This document shows positions 12,510 through 23,217 of a stretch of 64,000 bases of DNA, in pieces. The first letter of the stretch is position 1. Each line of letters begins with the position of its first letter. The notes under the pieces are model-generated. The model ran no database searches, was not told the DNA's origin, and was given only the letters and a program-made list of their open reading frames with translations. A program made the translations under genes and the position numbers. Source of the stretch: Gracilinanus agilis (Eukaryota); NCBI RefSeq assembly GCF_016433145.1, contig NC_058133.1, positions 327,845,335 through 327,909,334 of the forward strand, in the 5' to 3' direction.

Positions 12510-12740
12510 AAGTCATTTTCAGTTGTGTCCAACTTCCAGCTCCTTTTAGGGTTTTCTTGGCATGGGTACTGGTTTGTCATTTCCTTCTCTAACTCATTTT
12601 ACAGATGAAAAAACGGTGGTAAGCAGGGTTAAAGTGACTTGTCCAGGGCCACACACCTGATAAGAATGTGAGACCTGACTTGAACTCATGAAGATGGGTC
12701 TACTTGTTTCCAAGCCTAGAGCTAAATCTATTGCACCATC
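12510..12740 (-). mobile_element. MAR1-type CORE-SINE
   Basis: gtcattttcagttgtgtccaac...gggttttcttggc...cattttacagatgaaaaaac. Its end is the target of the element at 12741-13060. Confidence 0.85.
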
Positions 12741-13060
12741 TGTAGGAATATAGTTAGGGATGGTGTGGTTTTCTAGGGTTAGTTGAAAGAAGGGGATTTT
12801 GAGATAAGCCTTGGGAAAGGATTCTGTGTAAGAAAGGAATTGTGGGTCTACAACTGAAAATAACTGAACTTCACTTCCTTCTTGGATTTGATCTGAGCTG
12901 AGAGTGGTTTTTGTCTCTCTGCCTACAATTCCTTTCTTACCCAGAATCCTTTTCCAGGGCTTATCTCAAAATTCCCTTCTTTCAACTAACCCTAGAAAAC
13001 CAGACCATCACTAACTATATTCTGTTCCATGTTGCTGAGAGGGGTTCAATAATTCCTACA
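12741..13060. mobile_element. Foldback (palindromic) LTR-like or MITE-like element, 320 bp
   Basis: Termini tgtaggaat...attcctaca; 4-bp TSD catc (12737-12740 and 13061-13064); inverted arms 12746-12846 and 12922-13022 with 7 mismatches in 101 bp; 75-bp spacer. Confidence 0.85.
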
Positions 13061-13589
13061 CATCTACAGGTGGGTATGCTAAAATTCATAATGACATGAT
13101 ACTGAATGAACATTAAAAAGATCCATATTTCTGTGGCTTTGCTAAAAATTCAAGGGCAAACCATTTACAGCAGCCCAAGAATATTTCTTGTTTCTGTTCT
13201 GGCCAACCTTGGCTGGTATGGTGATAAAGATAATACAGTAAAAACTACAACAATTATATTAGGCTTTCAGTCTATTGTCAGAAATTTACTGAGATGTGAA
13301 GGATAGAAAATCTTAGCATGAATGAGAATGAACCACTAGATTCAGAATAACCCAAATATGTAGTGGAGGTGGGGGTGGAATTGCTTAAAGAAAACCAAAC
13401 TAAAGAAGGCCAACTAAAATGTAACTTGGATATATGTTAGTAAAAAAAATCCTTTTATAAGCCAAACAGAAGCTCTTAATTCTGGGTACTAAAACATGGT
13501 GAATGAAGAGAAATTAAAAGCAATTACTCCCACCCCCTCCACTGCAAAGGGAATAGATTTTGAATTTCTTTATTTAGAACTGGCTCTCT

Positions 13590-13810
13590 GATTTCATTAG
13601 CATAAGGAACTCCCTGGGAGGAAACTCCTTCTACCACGTCAGACCAACCTGTTCTGCAATTTATAGTCTTAATAAGATGCCAGGACCACTGAAAGTTTGC
13701 ATGACATGCCCAAGTTCACACAGCGACTGTGAACCAGAAGTGAGACTTGAATCCAAGTATTGATGACTTCAAGGCCAGCTCTCCATTCCTTCTGCATACT
13801 GCCCTTTCAG
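13590..13810 (-). mobile_element. Marsupial CORE-SINE relic (Mar3/WALLSI-like tail)
   Basis: ggaactccctgggaggaaactccttctacc...gcccaagttcacacagc...gacttgaatcc. Confidence 0.6.
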
Positions 13811-14239
13811 AATTTATTAGTAGTTAGTGTTTTTATAGATTAACAAGGTAAAGAGTGAAGAAGTGATAAGAGGTGCTGAATAATTGCTCATTGGATGAAT
13901 GAATTATTTGAGTTACGACTATTTCTTGAGCTGTCATTTGAAACCGTAGAACTTAGAGCAAATAAGTTCTGAGGGTTGTTAAAATGAGGATAGACTTTTT
14001 ACCATATTTATGAGATAAAATGCCAATTTACTATACTTTTACTATTTAATTACAAAAAAAACTGGGGAGGCATTAGAATGTTGGACAGAAAAATAGAAAA
14101 TGATAAATGCTCCTTTAAAGAGAAATAGGCTATTATTCTAATGCTCATATTATTAGAAATAGTGAAGGTGATAGGGGAGGGACTAGAGGCATGAACAGGA
14201 GTTAGAGATAGAATGGGAAGGAAGAACTTCAGTCAACCA

Positions 14240-14590
14240 AATGATTGAGAGTAAACAACGAGAGTTTATAAAGGCCAAACCAGAGCCTCAAATCTCAATG
14301 GCTGCTTTTGGCTTGAGATACAAAATCCAGCAGATGTTACTTTGGAATTTTAGTAACAGACTTGATTGTCTTTTGAGGTTTTACGAACAAAAATCATACT
14401 GTTTGGATCAGAACAATTGGACAGGGATGAAAATTGGCTGACAGACAAAGGGAAATGGTGACACATTAAGAGAAAATTTTGAATAGAGCTACAAGTCTCC
14501 ATGGACATTAAGCTCAAGGGAATAAATGAAGTGATAGAAACAGCACCATTTGGAATGTCTACTAAACCAGAAGGCATGGATGACATGTGA
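14240..14590 (+). mobile_element. Old RTE-clade LINE ORF2 3' fragment (decayed)
   Basis: Stop-riddled frame ...RQREMVTH*EKILNRATSLH...TRRHG*HV resembles the RTE C-terminal QRAMER...RRWAGHV segment. Confidence 0.55.
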
Positions 14591-14789
14591 GTTTAGTTGT
14601 CAAGTAAAACAAAGCAGGAAATATAGATGGAAAAATTACATCTTGAATATGCATAGCCTTATTTGTTAATCAGAAAAAATTGAATCTTATCAATAGAAAT
14701 GATAACAACAGACAGATTTAAAGTTTGCAAAGCATCATTCAATATGATAAAAATAGTATTGCATGATACTGAAGAAAGTTTAACAATTA

Positions 14790-15110
14790 AATGAAGACTA
14801 AACAAATTAATCCTACTCATTTAGTAGACTAAAGAAAAACAATAATTTCATTAATCACGACAATAAGGCAGCATTCTAAAAAATTTTAGGATGCAGTTAA
14901 AGCAAATTTCAGGAGAAAATTTATATCTCTAAAATTTTTACCAATGAAAGAAAGAATATATCAACAAATTAGGCATATAACTAAAAAAAGGCAAATCAGC
15001 TAATTAAAAACCCAAATTAAACTCCTAAAAAGAAATGGAAATTATTAAAAATGATAAAATTGTCAACTTAAGTGAAATGGAAAATGGAAATTTATGATAC
15101 CTATATTAAC
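14790..15110 (+). mobile_element. L1 ORF2 fragment (decayed)
   Basis: ttttaggatgcagttaaagcaaatttcaggagaaaatttatatctcta, A-rich L1 ORF2 linker region. Confidence 0.7.
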
Positions 15111-15179
15111 AAAACAGGAAACAAAAATTTATATAACCCAGTCTCAGAAAAAAGAAATTTTTTTCTAACTAAATCCTAT

Positions 15180-16520
15180 CCACAATATACTCGATTTCTG
15201 TCTGTCACCCAATGCTGACCTCAGCTGGAAAAAAATAACTCACTGTGATTTTCCCTTAGATTTCTCAATCACAACTACATCTGGTATTCTTTCTAAGTCT
15301 TTGTTGGAGTAATTGTGGGGAGAACTGAACAGTATTTCTTCCTCCTACTCTTCCATCTTTGCTGGCACTCTATCATATGCTCTGCAAGAATATTCTAAGC
15401 CTTTTTAACCCAAGTCACTTACAGTATCTCCTCTCTACTCCCTTTCTGGAGAATACTTTATCAGAAAAAGAGAATATCCACCAACCCTGTTAAGTCTTGC
15501 ATTCTCTCATCTTTATCNNNNNNNNNNNNNNNNNNNNNNNNNNNNNNNNNNNNNNNNNNNNNNNNNNNNNNNNNNNNNNNNNNNNNNNNNNNNNNNNNNN
15601 NNNNNNNNNNNNNNNNNNNNNNNNNNNNNNNNNNNNNNNNNNNNNNNNNNNNNNNNNNNNNNNNNNNNNNNNNNNNNNNNNNNNNNNNNNNNNNCTGTTT
15701 GTCATCATTACTGGCTATTTCTAGTAAAGAAAAAAGTGTAAACTAATTGAAAACTCCTCATTTAAATTCTTAAACTATAATCCCATTTATCATTTCAATT
15801 TCACAATCACTCATACCCTCAGGGCCTTATCATCTAGCCCCTCTTAAGCCTCCTTTCCTGGATACTCTTTTATTTTCCATCCACTAAGTATGGATACCCC
15901 TTACTTCTCTATCATGAACCCTCTTCTCCTCTCTTGATCTTTCTCTTGGTGTTTGTATCAATTCCCATGGATTTAATTATCATGCCTTCCCAGAAAGGGA
16001 TTTTTCAGATTTATATATCTATACTTTATGTATCTTGCATGCATCTATTTATATTTTGCCATTTTCCTGAATTCCAAGTTGCCCGGTAGAAACCTGTACC
16101 TGTACGCATCAGTATCTAAAAATTACTTCATTCAAAATAGAATTACCTTCCCTCTACACTCACCTTCTACTCTAAATGTCCCTGTTGCCATTAAGAGTAG
16201 CATTAGTCTTCTAGTAACTTGTATGGACTACCTTAGAATTATCTCTTGTTCTTTCTGTCCTCCTCCCATATCCAGTTAGGCAAGTCATGATGATTATTCC
16301 TCTATAAGATCTTTCACAGCCTCTCTCTACTCAGATAAGTTACTGCCCTAATGGAGAGACCATCAACGTGTCATACCTGTGTTATTAGAGAACCTCACAG
16401 TTGGACTTCCTGCCTCCAGTCAACATTGATTCCATTCATTCACCACATAGCTTCCATATTAATATTCTTTAGAAACAGATTTGATCATGTTCCCAAATCA
16501 AAAATCTTCATTTGCCCTTT
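15180..16520 (+). mobile_element. Fragmented L2 LINE (spans a gap)
   Basis: cccatggatttaattatcatg and later L2 ORF2-like blocks; heavily decayed. Confidence 0.65.
15518..15694. other. Assembly gap (N run)
   Basis: 177 consecutive N. Confidence 0.99.
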
Positions 16521-16544
16521 GTGCAAGATGGCATGCATAGAAAA

Positions 16545-17215
16545 AATTTAAAAACACCCTTCCCTCAAAGAACTTACATTATAATTAGGGTAGTTAAAAT
16601 ATAAATAGATGCATGCAAGATACATAGAGAATAGATAAAAGCCAGCCTTAGAGAGGAAGGCTTTTGCAGGTTGGGGCAGAAGATGATTTTTGAAGTGAAT
16701 CTTAAAGGAAGCCAGTGATTCTAAGAAGAGGTAAAGAGAAAGGGCATTCCAGGCATGGAGAACACCCAGTATAAAGTCATGAGATGGGAGATGAGATGGG
16801 GAGGGATAGAGTATCCTGTGTGAGAAGTAGAGAGTAAGAGCAATTAGCTCGATTGTATCATGTATTGGTGGGAGATGTCTATAAATAAAATAGATACATC
16901 TCCATCCTAAATGTTCACATGGACTATTTGTGCCCAATCTGTGGTAGATCCTTCTAAGTTCTTAATTTTCTGACCTGCCACAGTTGGACACACCATACAC
17001 TGGTCCTGACATAGGAATGCCATTTTGGTCCTTTTTGACCGAAATGGCTAAAACTATTCTCCTCCATACCCATTGGTTTTGGAGGAGAATAGTTTTCAGA
17101 AGACCGGTACGATAGGAAAGAGCCAAATGGTGAAAAGAATTAAATGTCATACAAAGGACTTTATTGTTGAATCTATAGATAATAAAGAGTCACTAGAATT
17201 TATAGACAAGGAAAT
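16545..17215 (-). mobile_element. L2 LINE fragment interrupted by an RTE stub
   Basis: Purine-rich antisense L2 (gggcattccaggcatggagaac...gataggaaagagccaaatggtgaaaagaattaaatg). Confidence 0.7.
16893..17049 (+). mobile_element. RTE LINE 3' end (marsupial RTE)
   Basis: Encodes DYLCPICGRSF*...CHSWTH (terminal C2H2-like motif of RTE ORF2), then the gccattttggtcctttttg tail. Confidence 0.8.
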
Positions 17216-17820
17216 CATGACTAAGAGAAGTTAGATGACTTGCCCAGGGTTATACAAGCTAAATAAGTATAGAAGGTAGAATCTGAATTCACATTTTCCT
17301 GACTTCGAGTTCAGGGCTCCATCCACTGTGTTCAATATCAATCATTTCTCTGTACTGTAATACTATTCACCCTACTGGTATATATTAATTACATATCTTA
17401 AATGGGTTTTAAGTGCAGGTGTAAAGATGCTTCCACATCTCTCCTATGAATTAAAGTGTTTAAGCCAAAGTTTGTGGGGGGGTTGTTTCTTTATTTTTTA
17501 GGATTTAGTGGTGTGTTTTTGGTTTGTTTACTTCTGGAATGTTGAAAAGTTTTAGTAGGTTAATATTGCTAGACATCTGATCGCTAGATCAATGAATGTC
17601 ACTTTGTTCCCATTTCAACAGTGAGGAAGAGTCAAACATTCCTGTCTAACTTGAAAGCACAATAGCTTTCAGATATGTTTAAGAGCTGTGAGTTTAAAAA
17701 TATGGAACAACATCTAAAAGCTAGTTCGTGCTAAGCATTCATAATCATTGCTAGCAAAGTGCAGGAGGGCTGGGGTTTTAGAGCTTTTATAATACTGTGC
17801 TTATTGGCTTTGATTTAAAG

Positions 17821-17940
17821 CAGTGGTTCTTGAAGTTTTTGGTCTTGGGGGCTCTTTACATTCTTAAAACATATATATCAAGGACATCCCATCCCCACAA
17901 TAACCCCCACAAAAGGCCTTAGTTTTTGTAGTTTATATCC
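17821..17940. mobile_element. hAT/Charlie-type DNA transposon fragment
   Basis: Starts with the hAT terminal motif cagtggttcttgaagtttttggtcttgggggctctttacattcttaaaa. Confidence 0.6.
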
Positions 17941-18390
17941 AGGGGTGTGAAGGAGTCCACTTTAACCAACACCCAAGAGATGACTGCTATCTTTTCTTTT
18001 CTTTTTTTTAACCCTTATCTTCTATCTTAGAATCTATACTAAATATTGGTTCCTTGGGAGGAGTGACAAGGCTAGGTATTCAGAGTCAAATGACTTGCCC
18101 AGGGTCGCACAGTTAGGAAATGTCTGTGGCCACATTTGAACCCAAGACCTCTAGGCCTGGGGCTCTATCCACTGAGACATCTAGCTGCTCCAATTGTTGC
18201 ATTTTCAATGTGAACATTTATATCTCAGAAACTAGCAAATGTAATAAATCAGAGCTTGATTTATTGTTTTGTATATTGTCTAGACTTAAAGTGATAGAGA
18301 AAATGTCAATAATGCAGATTAAACTTCAAGTTTGTTTTGCATATTTTTTTCCTTCTAGAGATCTAGTTGTTAAACATTTACCAGAAATAC
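17940..18390. mobile_element. MER63-type hAT relic with nested SINE1-like copy (about 17990-18188)
   Basis: ccaggggtgtg start; cagagcttgatttattgttttg...ctagttgttaaacatttaccag end; antisense SINE inside. Confidence 0.65.
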
Positions 18391-18588
18391 TTCTGTGTAC
18401 ATATGGGTAGAAAGGAGGACCAGACGTTAAAGAGGTTGAAATGATATAATCAGAAACTTGGCAAGAGATTGAAAAGATGGAGTGAATATAAATGAGGAGT
18501 CAAGGCTTATATGAAGTGGATTGGAGCTTGGGCGATTACAGAAAGATGGGGTACAGCTAATAATAGAAGGGAAGTTCTATCTCAGTGT

Positions 18589-18850
18589 GGGCATCTAGGT
18601 GACACAGCAGATGGAGTGCCAGAGCCTGGAGTCAGGAAAATTCTTCTTCCTGAGTTCAATTCTCGACTTAAAACTATTTCCTAGCTAAATGACCCTGGAG
18701 AAGTCACTAAACCCTGCTTGCCTCAGTTTCCTTATGTGTAAAACAAGCTGAAGAAGGAAATTGCAAACCATTGCAGTATCTTTGCCAAGAAAACTCCAAA
18801 TGGAGTCTCTAAGAATTGGACAATACTGAAATATTGAGAAACAACAACAA
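18589..18850 (+). mobile_element. MAR1-type CORE-SINE
   Basis: gggcatctaggtgacacagcagatggag...tgcagtatctttgccaagaaaactccaaatggagtc. Confidence 0.85.
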
Positions 18851-19160
18851 TCTTAGCATAGCTGTGCAAGCCTATGGTCTTTGATGCTGGGGAGGCTAAG
18901 ACAAGGAGATTGCATGAAATGGCGAGTTCTGAGCTGCATTAGTGCTAAAGATGATAAAGTATGAACTTTATGTCTGGTGAGCCCCTGGAGAAAATCAGAG
19001 TAAAAATAGAGTAAATCAACCCAAGTTTGGCAAAAAAAAAAAAAAGGATCAGTTAAATTTCTATGCCAATCAGTATTGAGATCACCTCCAAGAGTGGTTG
19101 TGCATTTCCACACTGGGGAAATTAAGGAGACTCAGTCCGAAAAACAAACAAGAAAAAAAT
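18851..19160 (+). pseudogene. 7SL (SRP RNA)-derived retrosequence, P7SL_MD-type
   Basis: Colinear blocks matching 7SL: ggggaggctaag, gagttctgagctgca, ggtgagcccctggag, aatcagtattgagatc, tgcatttccacactgggg; A-rich tail; CpGs decayed. Confidence 0.8.
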
Positions 19161-19309
19161 AGAGTTTGATGGGGGAAAATGTGTGTATGTTTTTTTTGAG
19201 GTGGGGGTGGGTGGGAAGCAGAACAGGGAGATGATTAATTCAGTTATAGATAGATTGATCATGAGATGTCCATGGAATGTCCAAGAAGCTAGAGGTCCCT
19301 TTCCAGTTC

Positions 19310-19540
19310 TCAACAGCTCACTTTTATAAAGGGGCTTTAAGGTTTGCAAAGTGCACTATATAAACTATTTCATGTGAACCTCACAACTACTCTGTGCCAT
19401 TGGTGCTGGCATTATTCTTGCTTTACAAGTGAGGAAACAGAAGCTAAGAAAGGCTAAATGATTTGTCTAGGGTCACAGAGCTAAGTGCAACTCACATCCA
19501 GCTCTTCTCGACTGAGTAGAGTGCAGTCTACTTCCTCAAC
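19310..19540 (-). mobile_element. MIR SINE
   Basis: aaggtttgcaaagtgcact...gtgaggaaacagaagctaagaaaggctaaatgatttgtctagggtcacagag. Confidence 0.75.
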
Positions 19541-20859
19541 ACTGCCTCACAATCTGGCATTCTGGGATTCAGATTTGAATGCTTTCTATGCTCCATAACA
19601 CATCTTCAAACAATCCAGATGATGAGCTATTGTTCCAAGCCTGTCGTGGCCATTTTGGAAGACAAATCATTATTATTTTCCTTAATGATAGCGATTTTCT
19701 TCACCAAGATAGCATATAACAAGTTTATCTCTACACTTCTGAAAACGATTCTGTTCATGTGAACCATTAAACACCAGTAATGTCACATTCAGTGCTATCT
19801 GCCTAAACAAAGGTTAAGATTCTGAAGTGGATCAGGACAGGCAGTGTAAACAGGATGGCATATGAAGTGTGATACACTCTTCAGAGGGCAAAGTCTGTAT
19901 GAAGGTTAACTTATTAATAAAACATGGCTGGCCTTGATTTAGTTTATAAGAAACTTAAGACATTTATCAACATCTGTCTGAACCCAGTTCCAGCCTCTTG
20001 GACTCTGTTGTGGATAAGCTGATTAATAAAAGATGATGTCTTAGGAAGGAAGCTTAGATCTCTCAGAGCATGGACAAAAGAAAATGCAGGGCTGCATCTA
20101 CATATGAAAGGGAGCTGTGAAAGTCAACTAGTTTACCGCCATAGGTCTGGCTGCCAGTTTCCTATAACATTTCATCTGACTCAGTTTTGGCTGGAGTCTG
20201 GAAAAATAAAAAAGAATGTCAAAAATTAAGTGTGGAATTAATTTACAAGCGAGATTGTTATGCCTTTTTTTAGGGGTGAGGGGGAGAGGTTGGGCACTCA
20301 GGAGGGATTCTGAAACTGAACTTGGTTCCCTTGTGACTTCCTCCCCTCAGTGTTCTTAACTTTGCAGCTTTCCATGTTTGTTTTTCATTTGTCTCCTTGA
20401 TCCTTCGGTCTTTGCTCTGCTTTAGGTTAGAAGAAAGTATCAGAATTAACTGTTCTGGCATCCTTTGCTCACCGATAGGCTTTTGCCCAATAACTATTGC
20501 CCTCCTAAAACAAATAGTATATTACTATGTTCCCTCTCTGTTGAATAATTGAGGCAGCATGCCATAGGGAAAAGATTTAAGTAGGAAGAGCATGGAGACC
20601 TGGGTTTTGGGTCAGGAGCTGCTATTAATTCCTTCCTTTTTTAAATCCCACTCAATTCTAGTGCCTTCCCTCTGCTGATTATATGACCCATCAGAGAGTT
20701 ACAGGGATGACTATCCCCAGTCATTCTTTTCCCCAACTGAATGGGAGGATGAGAACAATTCATTTGGATTTATTTTTCATTTCAAAATGCCCAGCTGGGA
20801 TGAGAACAATTTATTCCAAAGGTTGAAGTAGGTGCTGTGTAGCATTTAAAGAAGTGATG

Positions 20860-21044
20860 GGTGGGTGCTGTGAGAAATGTCCTCAGGAGTGCATGGAAAT
20901 GGGGAGGGAAGCAGCCCAGCCCCAAATCCTTTTGGCTTTCAAGTAACAAACTTTGGCAAACTGTGCTGGGGTGACAGCGCACGTGCCCACGCAGAGGGCT
21001 CTGAGTGCCCCCTCTGGCACATGTGCCATAGGTTCACTAACATG
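20860..21044 (-). mobile_element. hAT DNA transposon end fragment (OposCharlie-like)
   Basis: Minus strand reads gtgaacctatggcacatgtgccagagggggcactcagagccctctgcgtgggcacgtgcgc, a Charlie-type terminal block; only one end is present. Confidence 0.6.
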
Positions 21045-21074
21045 GTCTTAGAATTTGGTTAGAAATTAAAGACA

Positions 21075-21280
21075 CCAAGGTCATCCCCTGCATCCCAGAC
21101 CATTGCTACTTGTTCTAATTTTTGTCTTGCCAGCAGACTTTAATGATTCTGGAATAGAGAACAAGACTGATGATTATATAATTCTGCCTCACTTAAATCC
21201 AGTTTTACTCATAAGTCAAGACATCATCCTGTGATGTCACTGGTCCTCGTCAAAACAAAGGACAAACAACAACAAACATG
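21075..21280 (+). mobile_element. RTE-tailed SINE 3' part (WALLSI/MdoRep-like)
   Basis: aaggtcatcccctgcatccc...cctcacttaaatcca...gtgatgtcactggtcctcgtcaaaacaaaggacaaacaacaac. Confidence 0.7.
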
Positions 21281-21522
21281 ACACTGAATAAGTCACTTGA
21301 ACAGGCTTTGTGGGAATTTCCTTCTTGGTTGATCTAGTTGGGGGTAGAGTAAATGATATCTAGGGTCCAGTTCAATTCTAATATTCTGTGGTAGGTGTAG
21401 TTCTAAGTTGTTTTTTCCTGAAAATCATTTTCAAATTTGTTAGAATATGCTCTTTCCTCATTCTACGTTTTAGAGCTTCAACAGTCAGCTCAAATAGCAC
21501 CTTCTGTGAGAAGCCTTTAAAA

Positions 21523-21705
21523 CAGTGGTTCCCAAACTTTTTTGGCCTACAGTCCCCTTTCCAGAAAAAAATATTACTTAGTCCCCAGGAAATTAATTTT
21601 TTTTTATTTTAATAGCAAATAATAGGAAAGATAAATGTACCTGTGGCCATCACCGCTCTCCTGGATTGCTACAGCACCCACCAGGGGGCACTTTTGGAAT
21701 CACTG
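21523..21705. mobile_element. Complete hAT MITE, 183 bp
   Basis: Terminal inverted repeats (TIRs) cagtggttcccaaa / tttggaatcactg; 8-bp TSD ctttaaaa (21515-21522) and ctttaaga (21706-21713). Confidence 0.9.
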
Positions 21706-21872
21706 CTTTAAGACCTCTCCATTCCCTTGCTGTTAGAGCCTTCTAGCCCAAGGTTACTTTCTGGCTATATTTTATATGTATCTGGAAATTATTTCATATT
21801 AGCTATTAAGTAAAAGTTACAACATACATAGCACTATCCATCTGCCTAAATCAAAGTTAAGATTCTTGAGTA

Positions 21873-22057
21873 GGGGGCAGCTGGGTAGCTCAGTGGATTG
21901 AGAGTCAGGCCTAGAGATGGGAGGTCCTGGGTTCAAATCTGACCTCAGACACTTCCCAGCTGTGTGACCCCGGGCAAGTCACTTGACCCCCATTGCCCAC
22001 CCTTACCAATCTTCCACCAAGGAGCCAATACACAGAAGTTAAGGGTTTAAAAAAAAT
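21873..22057 (+). mobile_element. Young SINE1_Mdo-type SINE
   Basis: ggggcagctgggtagctcagtggattgagag...; TSD attcttgagt at 21862-21871 and 22058-22067. Confidence 0.95.
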
Positions 22058-22984
22058 ATTCTTGAGTGGACATATGAGGTATGATACACTCTTCAGAAGG
22101 CAAAATATGCATGAAGTTTAATATGTATGTACATATTATTTATATATTGCTTCCCCTAATAGAATATAAGTTCCATGAGGAAAGGTACTGTTATTGCTTT
22201 TCTTCTTAATCCCCCATACCTGGCATGGTTCCTGACAAATAACAAGTGTTTAAATCATTTGATTAATTTTTTAATCAACTATTTCAATTCCACAAACTTT
22301 TTTTAAAGTACCTACTCAATGTGTAGACTTTATGGGTGATACACTGGTAGGAAGACATTACATAGGTTCCCTACCCTTAACCTTACATATATCTATGGAA
22401 ACAGACAGGGCTAGAAGAGCTAGAAGGATCACCTAGTTCAGTTCTCTCATTTTGAAGGTAAAACTATGGTCAAAGAGATGAAGGACTTTCTCAAGCATGA
22501 TAGAGTAGTGGGGGATACGACTGTTATCTCAATCGAGAAACATTTAAGTACCTACTATGTGCCAAGAGCTGTCCTAAACACTGAGAATAATACAAAAAGA
22601 GGCTAATGGCAATTTCATTGATGTGGGTAGTACAGTTTGGAGGCATCTTTAAATGGATAAATGACAGCTCCTGTCAGCCTGCCTGGCTAAATCTGCTTTC
22701 CTATTTTCCTACTACACATCCATGCCAATTATCCTATGCAATTCTTTTCACTATAGCTATGATTAAAATGCTTTTCATTTCAAAATAGACAGCTGGGAGT
22801 TTTCCCATTGAATAAGTTAAATAGGTAATGATGGTCATAATAGTAAATAATAGTAGATAAATAATTATAGTAAATGTTTACCTGCTTGAGAGTCAAAAGA
22901 AAACATTCCATAGAGTCCCTATCTAAGTAAGAGATTCAGCAATTCATCTCCTGATATTTGGTTACATGTATGGGGTGTGCAGGG

Positions 22985-23217
22985 AGGACTAACTCTTCTT
23001 GTGTAAAGGGAGACTTGCCAAGCCCTTTTCAGGCTGCTCATCCACCTTGGGTGTCTTCTCATTATTCAACTGTCACCTATGGCTCCTGGAAGCTGTAACA
23101 TGTAGAGTGGTCACACACTGGTAAAACCACCTTGGCAGAAAGACTACACAACAATGAAGGTTATCAGCAAGACTTAAATCTGTCAGTGAGTTAGGGGGTG
23201 TCTAACCCTAGCATGCA
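22985..23217 (+). mobile_element. RTE 5' region or RTE-related SINE relic
   Basis: gacttgccaagcccttttcaggctgctcatccacctt...gtgagttagggggtgtctaaccctagcatgcagacttc. Confidence 0.7.

Noticed and set aside
17050-17110. Helitron 3' end (hairpin plus CTRR)
   Set aside because: No CTRR terminus follows on either strand, and the flanks are explained by RTE and L2.
19845-19852. tgtaaaca matching the miR-30 5' end
   Set aside because: Only 8 nt match; the rest of the mature sequence and the precursor hairpin are absent. It is better read as a forkhead motif.
21873-21950. tRNA gene-like heads (also at 51647 and 10750-10823)
   Set aside because: These are tRNA-derived SINE heads that run on into the CORE and tail; no standalone cloverleaf.
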